Under the pieces are notes generated by a model that was not told where the DNA came from, ran no database searches, and saw only the letters and a list, made by a program, of their open reading frames with translations. DNA of 64,000 bases. Origin: Actinomycetales bacterium (GTDB lineage Bacteria; Actinomycetota; Actinomycetes; Actinomycetales; Dermatophilaceae). Of the stretch, positions 1 through 9,292 are shown in pieces. A program made the translations under genes and the position numbers. Each line of letters begins with the position of its first letter. Position 1 is the stretch's first letter. The DNA is taken from positions 136,054 through 200,053 of the forward strand of contig JADJVX010000011.1 in the NCBI GenBank assembly GCA_016710385.1. The letters run 5' to 3'.

Positions 1-189
1 GCCCGCGAGCAGCTCCGGCTTGCGGCCGACGCCGACCCGGCGACGTGGATCCGAGCCCGGGCCTGGGCCTTCGTCGGCCCAGGGCTGCTGACCCTCGCCG
101 ACTATCGCGGCAGTATGCCGGCCAGGACCGAACGGCTCACCCGGATGGTCGAAGCCGTCGCGTCCGACGTCGGGGTCAGGCTGCGCTGA
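1..189 (+). CDS. C-terminal end of an unidentified protein (partial; gene starts left of the window)
   Basis: Frame 1 is open from base 1 to TGA 187-189 (..AWAFVGPGLLTLADYRGSMPARTERLTRMVEAVASDVGVRLR*) with GC-rich third positions. No family recognised by eye. Confidence 0.3.
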   Translation, partial: AREQLRLAADADPATWIRARAWAFVGPGLLTLADYRGSMPARTERLTRMVEAVASDVGVRLR

Positions 190-205
190 GCACCCGACGG
201 ACGGC

Positions 206-1522
206 TCATGGCTTGACGATCGTCAGCCCCTTGGCGTTGGCTCCCAGCGCGAGGAGCGCCGTGACGGAGCGGTCATACAGGGCCTGGTATGCCGTGCGCC
301 GCGCTCCGGTCACGGCCTTGTCGGCCAGCAGGGTGGGCAGGTCCACCAGCCGGAGCCGTTCAGTGGTTTCGGCCATGGCGATCGGCCTGGCCTCGGCCGC
401 AGTCGCCCGGAAACGTCCGTCAGATCCCTCGGTGAAGGTGAAGGTAGCCAGGGACTCTGCCTGGGTGGCTTTCAGCTTGGGGATGGAGTGTTGCTTGTGC
501 ACGAAGTTGCCCATGCCGTAGGCAACCCAGACGTCACCGATCTTGTCGATCGGCTGGAGCACGTGGACGTGATGCCCGTAAATGAGGTCAACATCGCCGG
601 ATTCAGCCAATGCCTTCGCTGCGGAACGCTGTTGGGCGTTCGGGGCGGAGACGTATTCGTCGCCGCCATGGATCGCCACCGCGACGATCTGGGCACCGGC
701 GGCCCGTGCCGCCTTGGCGTCGGCGAGCATGGTGGGGATGTCGATGAGATTGACTGCCCACGGCTTGCCGGCGGGCATGGGCAGCCCGTTGAGGCCGTAG
801 CCGTAGGCCAACAACGCCACCTTGACCCCTCGCACATCCATCATCGCCGGGGTATTCCGTTCCTGCAGGCTCCGGTTGGAGCCGGCGTGCTTGAGCCCAT
901 TGGCGTCCAGGACGTCGAGGGTGTGCGACAGCCCGGCGAATCCCTTGTCGACCGTGTGATTAGAGGCGGTCGTGCACGCGTCGAACCCGGTGTCCTTGAG
1001 GGCGGGGACGACGTCCTGAGGCACCGAGAAGGTCGGGTATCCCGTGTAGGGGCCACCGGCCGGCGCCAAGGGTGTTTCGAGATTGCAGATCGCCACGTCA
1101 GCCTTGGCGATGGTGGACCTGACCTCGGCAAACATGGGTCGGAAGTTCAGCCCGTTCGAGGCACCTGCCGGCTGCGTCTTGGCGTCGGCCCGCGCCTGGT
1201 TGACGACACCCTCGTGCAGGAGGACGTCGCCCCCGACGGTGATGCTCACGGTGCGAGCGCCGGCCGGGCTGGTCTGGGTGGGGTTCGTCGGCGTGGGGTT
1301 CGTCGGCGCGGGGTTCGTCGGCGCGGGACTCGCCGCGGCCGCGCCTGTCTTCGACGCGACCGGCCCCGTGCTCACACCCCCCGTGCCGGTCAAGGGTGCC
1401 GACGGGGTGGCCACCGGACTCGATGTGCACGCCGCGACCGTGAGCAGCACGGCATACCCGATGGCGCCCACGCCGAGCCGGGCAGAGCGGGTGCGGCCAG
1501 ACGGCATGCCCAGATGTGACAT
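206..1522 (-). CDS. CapA-family (poly-gamma-glutamate synthesis-like) metallophosphoesterase, predicted lipoprotein
   Basis: ORF 206..1630(-). The internal ATG at 1522 gives a lipobox-like signal (MSHLGMPSGRTRSARLGVGAIGYAVLLTVAAC), then a Pro/Thr linker, then CapA/PGA_cap-like blocks (TVGGDVLLHEG, NLETPL, TTASNHTVDKG, VAIHGGDEY, IYGHHVHVLQP). Confidence 0.8.
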   Translation of the reverse strand: MSHLGMPSGRTRSARLGVGAIGYAVLLTVAACTSSPVATPSAPLTGTGGVSTGPVASKTGAAAASPAPTNPAPTNPTPTNPTQTSPAGARTVSITVGGDVLLHEGVVNQARADAKTQPAGASNGLNFRPMFAEVRSTIAKADVAICNLETPLAPAGGPYTGYPTFSVPQDVVPALKDTGFDACTTASNHTVDKGFAGLSHTLDVLDANGLKHAGSNRSLQERNTPAMMDVRGVKVALLAYGYGLNGLPMPAGKPWAVNLIDIPTMLADAKAARAAGAQIVAVAIHGGDEYVSAPNAQQRSAAKALAESGDVDLIYGHHVHVLQPIDKIGDVWVAYGMGNFVHKQHSIPKLKATQAESLATFTFTEGSDGRFRATAAEARPIAMAETTERLRLVDLPTLLADKAVTGARRTAYQALYDRSVTALLALGANAKGLTIVKP

Positions 1523-1578
1523 GCGCTCAAAGTTAGCGGGCCCCCTGTGCTGTCGGGGCGCTGGCCTAGGCTTCCCTC

Positions 1579-2244
1579 GTGACCCAACCGCCCGCCCCCA
1601 TCGCCACCGCGCGTGGGCTGTTCGTCGCATTCGAAGGCGGCGACGGCGCGGGCAAGTCCACCCAGGTGCGGCTACTCGTCGCGGCCCTGACTGCGGCCGG
1701 CCGCCGCGTGGTCGTCACCCGCCAACCGGGAGGCACCGAGCTGGGCAGTCAGATCCGCGAGCTGCTGCTGCACGGCGGCGAGGTCAGCCCCCGGGCGGAG
1801 GCGCTGCTGTTCGCCGCCGACAAGGCCCAGCACGTCGACCACCTCATCCGGCCGGCCCTCGAGCGTGGCGATGATGTGGTCACCGATCGTTACACCGACT
1901 CGTCGATCGCCTACCAGGGTGCCGGTCGCGACCTGGGCTCCGACGAAATCCACCGGCTGCTCGAGTGGGCCGTCGCCGGGCTGTTCCCCGAGCTCACCAT
2001 CGTCCTGGACGTGCCGGCCGAGGTCGGCCGACAGCGTCGCGGCAGCGTCCACGACCGGCTCGAACGCGAGCACGACGCCTTCCACGACCGGGTCCGACAG
2101 CACTTCCTCGACCTTGCCGCAGCTGCGCCCGAGCGCTACCTCGTGGTCGACGGCACCCAGCCGCCCGCCAGACTGCACGCCGAGATCGTCGCCCGGCTCC
2201 ACGGCATACCGGCTCTCGCGGGGCTGCGGGAGGCGACCTCGTGA
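1579..2244 (+). CDS. tmk: dTMP (thymidylate) kinase
   Basis: GTG start at 1579. P-loop FVAFEGGDGAGKSTQ, TRQPGGT, and DRYTDSSIAYQG family blocks. The stop overlaps the next start (GTGA at 2241-2244). Confidence 0.95.
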   Translation: MTQPPAPIATARGLFVAFEGGDGAGKSTQVRLLVAALTAAGRRVVVTRQPGGTELGSQIRELLLHGGEVSPRAEALLFAADKAQHVDHLIRPALERGDDVVTDRYTDSSIAYQGAGRDLGSDEIHRLLEWAVAGLFPELTIVLDVPAEVGRQRRGSVHDRLEREHDAFHDRVRQHFLDLAAAAPERYLVVDGTQPPARLHAEIVARLHGIPALAGLREATS

Positions 2245-3401
2245 CCGTCTGGGACGACGTCGTGGGGCAGTCGCAGACGGTCCGCACGCTCAGCCACGCC
2301 GCCGCCGACTCCGCCGCGATGACCCACGCGTGGTTGCTCACCGGGCCGCCCGGTTCCGGGCGCTCCACCGCAGCCCGCGCCTTCGCTGCCGCGTTGCAGT
2401 GTCCGGAGCACGGCTGCGGAGTATGCCGGGAGTGCCGCACCGCGCTCGATGGCACCCACGCCGACGTCTCCATCGTCGCGACCGAGGGACTGTCGATCAA
2501 GGTCGAAGACACCCGGGCGCTCGTGCAGGAAGCCGGGCTGCGGCCTTCGGTCGGTCGCTGGCGGGTCATCGTCATCGAGGACGCCGACCGGCTCACCGAG
2601 CGAGCCGCTGACGCCCTGCTCAAGGCGCTGGAGGAACCCACCCCGCGCACCGTCTGGGTGCTGTGCGCGCCGTCGCTCGAGGACGTCATCATCACCATCC
2701 GGTCGCGCTCGCGGCACGTGCGGTTGCGCACGCCTCCGGTCGCGGCGGTGGCCGAGTTGCTCACCCGGCGGGACGGCATACCGGAGACCATGGCCGTGTA
2801 TGCCGCGCGGGCGGCCCAGAGCCACGTGGGGATGGCGCGGCGGTTGGCCCGCGACGAAGCGGCGCGCAACCGCCGTCATGAGGTGATTTCGCTGCCGCTC
2901 AAGATCCGGTCGGTGGGCCTGGCCATCGGCGCGGCCGCCGACCTGGCCGGCATCGCCGACGAGGAGTCGGCGGCCTCGTCCACCGAGCGTGACCAGCGCG
3001 AACGCACTCGGCTGCTGGAGACCTTGGGGGCCGACCCGGCGGCGCGCACCCAGCCGCCGCATGTCCGGTCGCAACTGTCGGCACTGGAGCGCGAGCAGAA
3101 GGCGCGGGCCACCCGGCATGCCCGCGATGTCGTCGATCGAGCCTTGGTCGACCTGTTGTCGATGTATCGCGACGCGCTCGTCGTGCGCTCCGGCGCGTCC
3201 GTGGGTCTGGTCAACAGTGAGGCCATCGACCAGGTGCGGGCGTTGGCCGCCGCGCTCACCCCGGAGCGGCTGTTGTTGTGCATGGACGCCATCGGGGAGG
3301 CCCGCGAGCGGATCAACCTCAACGTGCCGCCGCTGCTCGCGCTCGAGGCAATGGCGGTGTCGCTGCAGTTGCCGACCGGTCCCGCTGCCGCGGCGGGATA
3401 A
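2241..3401 (+). CDS. holB: DNA polymerase III subunit delta-prime
   Basis: In-frame GTG at 2241 inside ORF 1965..3401. VWDDVVGQSQTV..HAWLLTGPPGSGRS..CGVCRECR zinc module, DEAD-like IIEDADRLTERAADALLKALEEP, SRSRHV sensor motif. Confidence 0.9.
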   Translation: MTVWDDVVGQSQTVRTLSHAAADSAAMTHAWLLTGPPGSGRSTAARAFAAALQCPEHGCGVCRECRTALDGTHADVSIVATEGLSIKVEDTRALVQEAGLRPSVGRWRVIVIEDADRLTERAADALLKALEEPTPRTVWVLCAPSLEDVIITIRSRSRHVRLRTPPVAAVAELLTRRDGIPETMAVYAARAAQSHVGMARRLARDEAARNRRHEVISLPLKIRSVGLAIGAAADLAGIADEESAASSTERDQRERTRLLETLGADPAARTQPPHVRSQLSALEREQKARATRHARDVVDRALVDLLSMYRDALVVRSGASVGLVNSEAIDQVRALAAALTPERLLLCMDAIGEARERINLNVPPLLALEAMAVSLQLPTGPAAAAG

Positions 3402-3494
3402 TCTCGACCGCATGAGTGGTCGTTCTCGGGGTGCCCGTCGGTCGTGGGGACCTGGTCGTTTCCTGGGTCTCGGTCGGCGGCGGGTGTGGGGTCC

Positions 3495-5050
3495 ATGGCC
3501 ACCGCTGCAGCCGCGGCGCTGACCCTGTCCTCGTGTCTGGTGCTGCCGTTCATGAGCGCCGACCCCAGCAGCACCGGCCCGGGGGGGCAGCGGGGGAGCC
3601 GGCGGGGCCGGCTCGGCGGCCGCAGTCGCGACCCCGCCTCCGGACCACCCGGAGCTGGCCGACTACTACAGCCAGACCCTGCAGTGGCGACCGTGCTCGG
3701 GCGGGGAGTGCGCGACCCTCAAGGTGCCGGTCGACTACGCCAAGGCCGGCGGCGACAGGATCGAGCTCAAACTCCTGCGCGCGCTCGCCAAGACACCCAG
3801 CGCGCGGATCGGGTCGCTCGTCGTCAACCCCGGCGGACCGGGTGGATCGGGCGTCGACTACGCCCGGTATGCCGACCAGATCGTCGGTGCCGAGGTGCGC
3901 AAACGGTTCGACGTCGTCGGCTTCGATCCGCGGGGCGTCGGCCAGTCGGCGCCGCTGGACTGCATCTCCGATGCCGAGCTCGACACCTTCCTCGGGATGG
4001 ACCCCACCCCGGACGACAAGGCCGAGCAGGAGGCCTTCGTGGCGGGATCCCGCAAGCTGGCCGCCGGGTGCGCCGCCAACGGCGGGGCCCTGCTCGGTCA
4101 CCTCTCGACGGTCGAGGCCGCCCGCGACATGGACATCCTGCGGGCCGCGCTGCGTGAGCCGAAACTCCACTACCTCGGGAAGTCCTACGGCACCTTCCTC
4201 GGGGCCACCTATGCCGACCTTTTTCCCGCTCAACGTCGGGCGTTTCGTCCTCGATGGGGTGGTCCCGCCCGATCTCACGTCCGCGGAGGTGTCCGAAGGT
4301 CAGGCGCGAGGTTTCGAAATGGCGACAAAGGCCTATCTGCAGAGCTGCATTTCCAAGGGCAACTGCCCCGCAGGCAACTCCGTCGAGGAGGGTATGCAGT
4401 GGATCAAGGACTTCCTGCTCAAGCTCGACGCCAACCCGCTGCCGGTCTCTGGTGACGCACGCATCACCGAACTCACCGAGGCCTGGGGGTCGATCGGTCT
4501 GGCCTACGCGATGTATTCCAAGAGTTCGTGGGTTTCGCTGACTGCCGCCTTGCGTTCTGCCCAGCAGGGCGACGGCACCGACCTCATGGACCTAGCCGAC
4601 CAGTATGCCGACCGCACCACTTCGGGCTCGTACACCGGCAACATCATGGAGGTCATCTACGCGGTCAACTGTCTGGACCGGCCCGACACCGCGGACCTGG
4701 CCGTCGTCGAAGCCAACGCCGAGAAGTTCTCCGCCAGCGCCCCGCTCTGGGGCCGCATGCTCGCGTGGGGTTCGGTGCCCTGCGGGGTGTGGCCGGTCAA
4801 GGCCACCGGGGCGCCGAAGAAGGTGACCGCAGCGGGCAGCGGCCCGATCGTCGTCGTCGGCACCACGCGCGACCCGGCGACGATCTACGAGTGGTCGGTG
4901 CGGTTGCGCCAGGAGTTGGCCAACGCGGTGCTCATCAGCTTCGACGGCGACGGCCACACGGCATACACGCGGTCCAATTCCTGCGTCGACCGCCCGATCG
5001 ACGCCTACTACGTCAACGGCACGGTGCCGCAGGACGGCCTCACGTGCTGA
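3495..5050 (+). pseudogene. Secreted alpha/beta hydrolase (tripeptidyl-aminopeptidase-like lipoprotein), reading frame broken twice
   Basis: Signal/lipobox MATAAAAALTLSSC starts at ATG 3495 in frame 0. The conserved mature N-terminus (LQWRPCSGGECATLKVPVDYAKAGGDRIEL..GKSYGTFLGATYADLFP) is only in frame 1, which has a stop at 3553-3555 and no upstream start. The C-terminal two thirds (NVGRFVLDGVVPP..TAYTRSNSCVDRPIDAYYVNGTVPQDGLTC*) are in frame 2. Deleting one G from G7 (3581-3587) and one T from T5 (4220-4224) restores a single ORF. Confidence 0.75.
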
Positions 5051-5180
5051 ACGACGCGGGCGGGTCCCGGGGCTGGCTCCAGTGCGGGTTCCAGGGCTGA
5101 TCATCGGTGACCGTCGCCGGTTTCGTCCTGGGGGAGGGCTGTCCGTATACTCGTCAGCCGTGCCCCTCGGCGGGGCACGC

Positions 5181-5253
5181 GCCGCCTTAGCTCAGTCGGC
5201 AGAGCGATTCACTCGTAATGAATAGGTCTGGGGTTCGATTCCCCAAGGCGGCT
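5181..5253 (+). tRNA. tRNA-Thr (anticodon CGT)
   Basis: Cloverleaf folded by hand: acceptor GCCGCCT/AGGCGGC, D arm GCTC/GAGC, anticodon arm ATTCA-CTCGTAA-TGAAT, T arm TGGGG-TTCGATT-CCCCA, discriminator T. CCA is not encoded. Confidence 0.95.
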
Positions 5254-5258
5254 CAGAC

Positions 5259-5305
5259 GAAACCCCGGCCCCACCTGCTGCGATGTCAGGAGGGGCCGGG
5301 GTTTC
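5259..5305. terminator. Long GC hairpin between tRNA-Thr and the convergent VOC gene
   Basis: GAAACCCCGGCCCC (5259-5272) pairs perfectly with GGGGCCGGGGTTTC (5292-5305), with a 19-nt loop. It sits directly after the tRNA and before a minus-strand gene end. Confidence 0.5.
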
Positions 5306-5388
5306 TGCACGCTAGGTGCACCTCAGGGGCTTGTCCCCATCGCCCGAGGGCGAGCATCCGGCGATGTCGAGGGCCGCTGCGAGGTCGC

Positions 5389-5793
5389 TCACTCGGCTGG
5401 GTCGGTGTTCGGTTTCATCCAGAACGGCGAGTAGTGGTAGCCGTCGAGGTCGTCGAACTGGCGCTGATACATGAAGGGGTAATCGTCGGTGTCGCCGATC
5501 CGTCCGCCCGCGGCAGCCGCGCGCTCGAGAAGGTCGTCGACTGCCGCGCGGCTGGCGAGGTCGAACGAGACGGTGACCTTCGAGGGGGTGTCCGGTCCGC
5601 CGACCAGTTCCTCGACGCCGCCGACGCCGGCATACATCTCGCGGCTGCCGAGCATGACGTATTGGTCGGGTGCAATCGCAAAGCACGACACGTTGTGGCC
5701 GGACATCTCGGCGTTGAGGGTCCAGCCGAGGGCGGTGTAGAAGGCGGTAGCGCGCTCGACGTTCTCGACGGGACACGTGATGAACAGGCTCAT
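5389..5793 (-). CDS. VOC (glyoxalase/bleomycin-resistance/dioxygenase) family protein
   Basis: Internal ATG at 5793 of ORF 5389..5937(-): MSLFITCPVENVERATAFYTALGW..YGYHYSPFW. Size about 134 aa, typical of the family. Confidence 0.75.
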   Translation of the reverse strand: MSLFITCPVENVERATAFYTALGWTLNAEMSGHNVSCFAIAPDQYVMLGSREMYAGVGGVEELVGGPDTPSKVTVSFDLASRAAVDDLLERAAAAGGRIGDTDDYPFMYQRQFDDLDGYHYSPFWMKPNTDPAE

Positions 5794-5952
5794 CCATCGA
5801 CACTTGCAAAATGCAGGAGGCAGGTCAAGCCACCGGCAGGTCACGCAGGCCGAAGAGGTCGCACGAGCAGACCGCGTCGGCGCAGGCGTGGTGCGCGGGG
5901 CCGTCTTCGGCCACGATGGGTACGCGTCGGGGTGCACCTACAGGAGGTCAGC

Positions 5953-6765
5953 ATGAGCGATGACATCGGCGCGGATGTCACCGAAGCCGCCCGCGACATC
6001 GGAGGTCACCCCATCGTCGAGAACGGCGCTCGAGTGGGGTATGCCGTCAACGGCATCGTCCATCTGCTGATCGCGTGGATCGCGATCCAGCTCGCGCTCC
6101 AGCCGAGCGCACCCCGCAAAGGCAATGGCCAGGAGGCGGTCGACCAGTCCGGCGCACTGGCCACCCTCGCCTCCAGTGGGCTGGGCAAGGTCACTCTGCT
6201 CGTCGCGGTCGGTGGATTCACCCTGCTCGCGCTCTGGCAGTTCACCGAGGCGATCGTCCGGCGCAAGACGAGCGTCCGGCTGAAGGCAGCGGCCAAAGGC
6301 ATCGTCTACCTGAGCCTGGCCTGGAGCGCGTTCGCGTTCGTCCGCGGGGCCGGTTCCTCGAGCACGGAGCAGACCGTCGACGTCACCGCACAGCTGATGA
6401 ACCGTCCGCTGGGTCAGATCTTCGTCGCGGTCGTGGGCGCGGCCGTGCTGGGCATCGGCGCCTACCACGTGCACAAGGGCGCGAAGAGCCGCTTCCTTCG
6501 CGACCTGCGCGAGCACCCGGGGCGTTGGGCCGAGTATGCCGGCCGCTACGGCTACATCGCCAAGGGCATCGCGCTCATCCTCGTCGCCGTGGTGTTCTTC
6601 GTCGCCGCCTGGCGCGGCCGCGCCGACGAGGCCACCGGTCTGGACGGCGGACTGCGGATTCTGCTCGACCTGCCCTTCGGTCACCTTCCGCTCGTGCTCA
6701 TCGCCCTCGGCTTCGCCGCGTATGCCGTGTACTCCGCCGCCCGCTCGAAATACGCCCGCGTGTAG
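5953..6765 (+). CDS. DUF1206 domain membrane protein
   Basis: ATG 5953 is preceded by AGGAGG (5943-5948). There are three repeated pairs of hydrophobic helices (..GYAVNGIVHLLIAWIAIQLA.., ..KGIVYLSLAWSAFAF.., ..GYIAKGIALILVAVVFFVAAW..). The upstream part of track ORF 5218..6765 spans the tRNA and is not coding. Confidence 0.8.
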   Translation: MSDDIGADVTEAARDIGGHPIVENGARVGYAVNGIVHLLIAWIAIQLALQPSAPRKGNGQEAVDQSGALATLASSGLGKVTLLVAVGGFTLLALWQFTEAIVRRKTSVRLKAAAKGIVYLSLAWSAFAFVRGAGSSSTEQTVDVTAQLMNRPLGQIFVAVVGAAVLGIGAYHVHKGAKSRFLRDLREHPGRWAEYAGRYGYIAKGIALILVAVVFFVAAWRGRADEATGLDGGLRILLDLPFGHLPLVLIALGFAAYAVYSAARSKYARV

Positions 6766-6856
6766 GCCTACCTGCGGGTTCAGCCTGACCGCGGGTTTGG
6801 CGGCGGGTCGGAAGGTTTCCGGATGTCTCTCGGGCGGCGGGCCAGCCGAGACGAGG

Positions 6857-7537
6857 CTAGGCGCGACGGCGCAGGTAGTTCCAGGCCAACAGCGCGCAGC
6901 ACACGCCGTTGATCATCCCGACGACGACGTCGAGCAGATGGTGCATTCCTCGGTAGACCCGGGCGTATGCCACGAGGAAGGGGATGATGACGCACGCCAC
7001 CGTGACGAGCCACCGCAGCCAGGGCGTGCGGATCCGTTGGGCCAGCAGGGCAAAGGTGAGGTAGAGCGCGAAGGCCGCGCCGGTGTGCCCACTGGGGTAG
7101 CTCGACGTCGGCGGCGCCGGGTCGAGGCGCTCCACCTCAGGGCGCGACCGGTCCACGAGGTTGGCCGCGATGACGAAGACCGTGGCCTGCAGCGAGATGG
7201 CCAGCGCGGGGACCAGGGCCAGCCACCATTGCCTGGTGCGCCACCACAGGATGGCGACGGTCACCACGCAGGTGCCGATGATGATTTCGGTGTTGCCGAT
7301 CGTCGACCACCAGTGGGTCAGCCCGTCCCAGCCTGCTCCGACGGCAGCGCGCGCGTCGCGGTTGATCTGATCCTCGCCGGGCAGATCGCCAAGCGGACCC
7401 TTGATGAGGAAGCCGCCCGCGACGATGAGACACCACAACCCGAACGCCGGCAGGACGGCCCGGCGCCCCATATCCGCGAGCGCTGCCTTGACCGTGGGCC
7501 GACTCTGGTCATCGAGGTAGCGGCTGACGAACGCCAT
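6857..7537 (-). CDS. PAP2-family phosphatase (membrane)
   Basis: ATG at 7537 ([10 protein letters not shown]..). PAP2 signature SYPSGHTGAAFA .. RVYRGMHHLLDVVVG. The start shares one base with the stop of the upstream PAP2 gene. Confidence 0.8.
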   Translation of the reverse strand: MAFVSRYLDDQSRPTVKAALADMGRRAVLPAFGLWCLIVAGGFLIKGPLGDLPGEDQINRDARAAVGAGWDGLTHWWSTIGNTEIIIGTCVVTVAILWWRTRQWWLALVPALAISLQATVFVIAANLVDRSRPEVERLDPAPPTSSYPSGHTGAAFALYLTFALLAQRIRTPWLRWLVTVACVIIPFLVAYARVYRGMHHLLDVVVGMINGVCCALLAWNYLRRRA

Positions 7538-8238
7538 CACTGCTCCTTGAGCTTGTTGGGACCCCAGTCGCGGTACCCGGCATACGAGGCGAGCGCGAGG
7601 CCGACCCCGAAGATGATTCCGGCAGTGACGTCTGAGGGATAGTGGACCCCGAGAAACACCCGGTCGAGGGCGGTGACGACCATGACGACCCCGGCCCCGA
7701 CGACCGCGGCGATGCGGCCCCTCCGGCCGAGCAGCGGCCAGCAGAGCACCACGAGGATCGTCGAGGCGGCCGCTGCATTGGCCGCATGCCCCGAGGGGAA
7801 GCTGTAGCCCGGTGCGTGGGTGATGGCGTCCTCGACCACCGGTCGGGCCCGCTGGACGAGGTATTTCACGTCGAGGGCGAGGTTCCAGCTGGCCATCATG
7901 GTGAGGAAGGCCCACAGCGCCCGAATCGGCAGGCGATGCTGTCGCCATACCCACACGCAGACGAGGGTGCCGGCGATGTAGACCCATATGGGTTGCAGCA
8001 TCTGCTCCCACACCAACAGCGCCTGGGTCAGCCCGGGGCGCTCCCGGGTGATATCGGTGGCAGCACGGATCATGCTTTCGTCGAAGTGGAGGATCGGCTC
8101 CCAGCGCGAGCGCACGAGATAGGCCAGGGCGGCTACCGGGACGGCGGTCGTGACGGCATACCCTGCGGCTTTGAGCAGCCGGTGCAGCACCCGACGGCGG
8201 AGCCGACCGCGGACCCACGGCCGCTCTGGCTCAGCCAA
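7537..8238 (-). CDS. PAP2-family phosphatase (membrane), second paralogue
   Basis: Signature KYLVQRARP .. [12 protein letters not shown] .. [15 protein letters not shown]. The start is uncertain: TTG 8238 overlaps the upstream stop, and GTG 8190 is an alternative. The upstream part of ORF 7537..8508 overlaps the lipid kinase gene. Confidence 0.7.
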   Translation of the reverse strand: MAEPERPWVRGRLRRRVLHRLLKAAGYAVTTAVPVAALAYLVRSRWEPILHFDESMIRAATDITRERPGLTQALLVWEQMLQPIWVYIAGTLVCVWVWRQHRLPIRALWAFLTMMASWNLALDVKYLVQRARPVVEDAITHAPGYSFPSGHAANAAAASTILVVLCWPLLGRRGRIAAVVGAGVVMVVTALDRVFLGVHYPSDVTAGIIFGVGLALASYAGYRDWGPNKLKEQ

Positions 8239-9133
8239 CCCGCACCACGAGCGCGAGCGGCTTGATGCCGCACACCAGGCGGCGGCGGGGTCCGACGGCA
8301 TCACCGTCGAGCTCGGCCTCGACCGGCCGTGAGGCGAGGATCTCGACCCCCTGGGAGGTCCGCCGCTGGAGGCGGGCATGGCCGCGCCGATGGCGGGTGG
8401 CGATGTCGACCGCGACCGCGATCCAGCCCACGACACCCTTGGGCGACAGCACGATCGTGTCGAGCTTGCCGTCGTCGACCGCAGCGTCCGGCATGAGGTC
8501 GACGCCACCGGTGAGGGTGCCGCAGTTGCCGACGACGACGGTTTTCGCGTGCTGACGGATCGGGCGGCCCTCGCCCGCGGTGACCCGCACCCCGAAGCCG
8601 GGTCGGGTCAGCGCCTTCGCGCCGGAGATGAGGTATGCCGGCCAGCCGAGCAGCCCCTTGACCTTCTCGTTGGCGTTGGCCATCGTCTCGGCGTCCAGGC
8701 CCATTCCGGCCATGACGAGGAAGACTTGCTCCTCGTCGTTGTCGCAGCGGAGCGTGCCGACGTCGACGCGCCGGTCCTGGCCGGTGATGACGACCTCGAG
8801 TGCGGCGTCGAGGTCGTCCACCGGAAGTTCGAGATTGCGGGCCAAGAGGTTGCCCGTGCCGCCGGGGAGCAGGCCCAGGGGGGTGTCGGTGTCGACCAGC
8901 GCGCTCGCGACCGCCCGGACCGTGCCGTCGCCGCCGAGCGGACAGACGATGCCGGCACCCTCCTGGACCGCCTGGCGGGCCTGGCCGGTGCCGGGATCGT
9001 CTTCGGTCGTCTCATACCACCGGGCGTCCGGCCAGCCGTGCCGCTGACACGCGGCCGCCACCGTGGCCTTGACTTCGTCGAGTTCGTCGAACTTGGTGGG
9101 ATTGACGACGACCGCCAGCTGCAGGGGACTCAT
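8231..9133 (-). CDS. Diacylglycerol/lipid kinase family protein (YegS-like)
   Basis: ATG at 9133 ([14 protein letters not shown]). DAGK catalytic blocks GGDGTVR and [16 protein letters not shown]. Confidence 0.85.
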   Translation of the reverse strand: MSPLQLAVVVNPTKFDELDEVKATVAAACQRHGWPDARWYETTEDDPGTGQARQAVQEGAGIVCPLGGDGTVRAVASALVDTDTPLGLLPGGTGNLLARNLELPVDDLDAALEVVITGQDRRVDVGTLRCDNDEEQVFLVMAGMGLDAETMANANEKVKGLLGWPAYLISGAKALTRPGFGVRVTAGEGRPIRQHAKTVVVGNCGTLTGGVDLMPDAAVDDGKLDTIVLSPKGVVGWIAVAVDIATRHRRGHARLQRRTSQGVEILASRPVEAELDGDAVGPRRRLVCGIKPLALVVRVG

Positions 9134-9292
9134 GCCCGGACGGTACCCCGTCGGCGGGTGTGTGAGCCCACCTGAGACCGGGCGCGGCGGCATCGAGTGG
9201 TCTGGCCGCACGGCATACCGGCCTGCCGCGGAGCAGCCGCGGGGGACCTAAGCCCATAGCGCGTGAGGTGAGGGGGTTCTTAGCCTGAGGAA

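Noticed and set aside
1965-2240. Upstream extensions of holB (from 1965), the P450 (from 23817), nadC (from 27535), the second GNAT (from 62296) and the NuoD-like gene (to 25589)
   Set aside because: The extensions overlap the preceding, confidently called genes in another frame and are Arg/Pro-rich. Internal starts that overlap or directly follow the upstream stop give proteins of the expected family length.
5218-5952. N-terminal 245 codons of track ORF 5218..6765
   Set aside because: It begins inside the tRNA-Thr gene and runs antisense through the VOC gene. The real DUF1206 gene starts at ATG 5953 behind AGGAGG.
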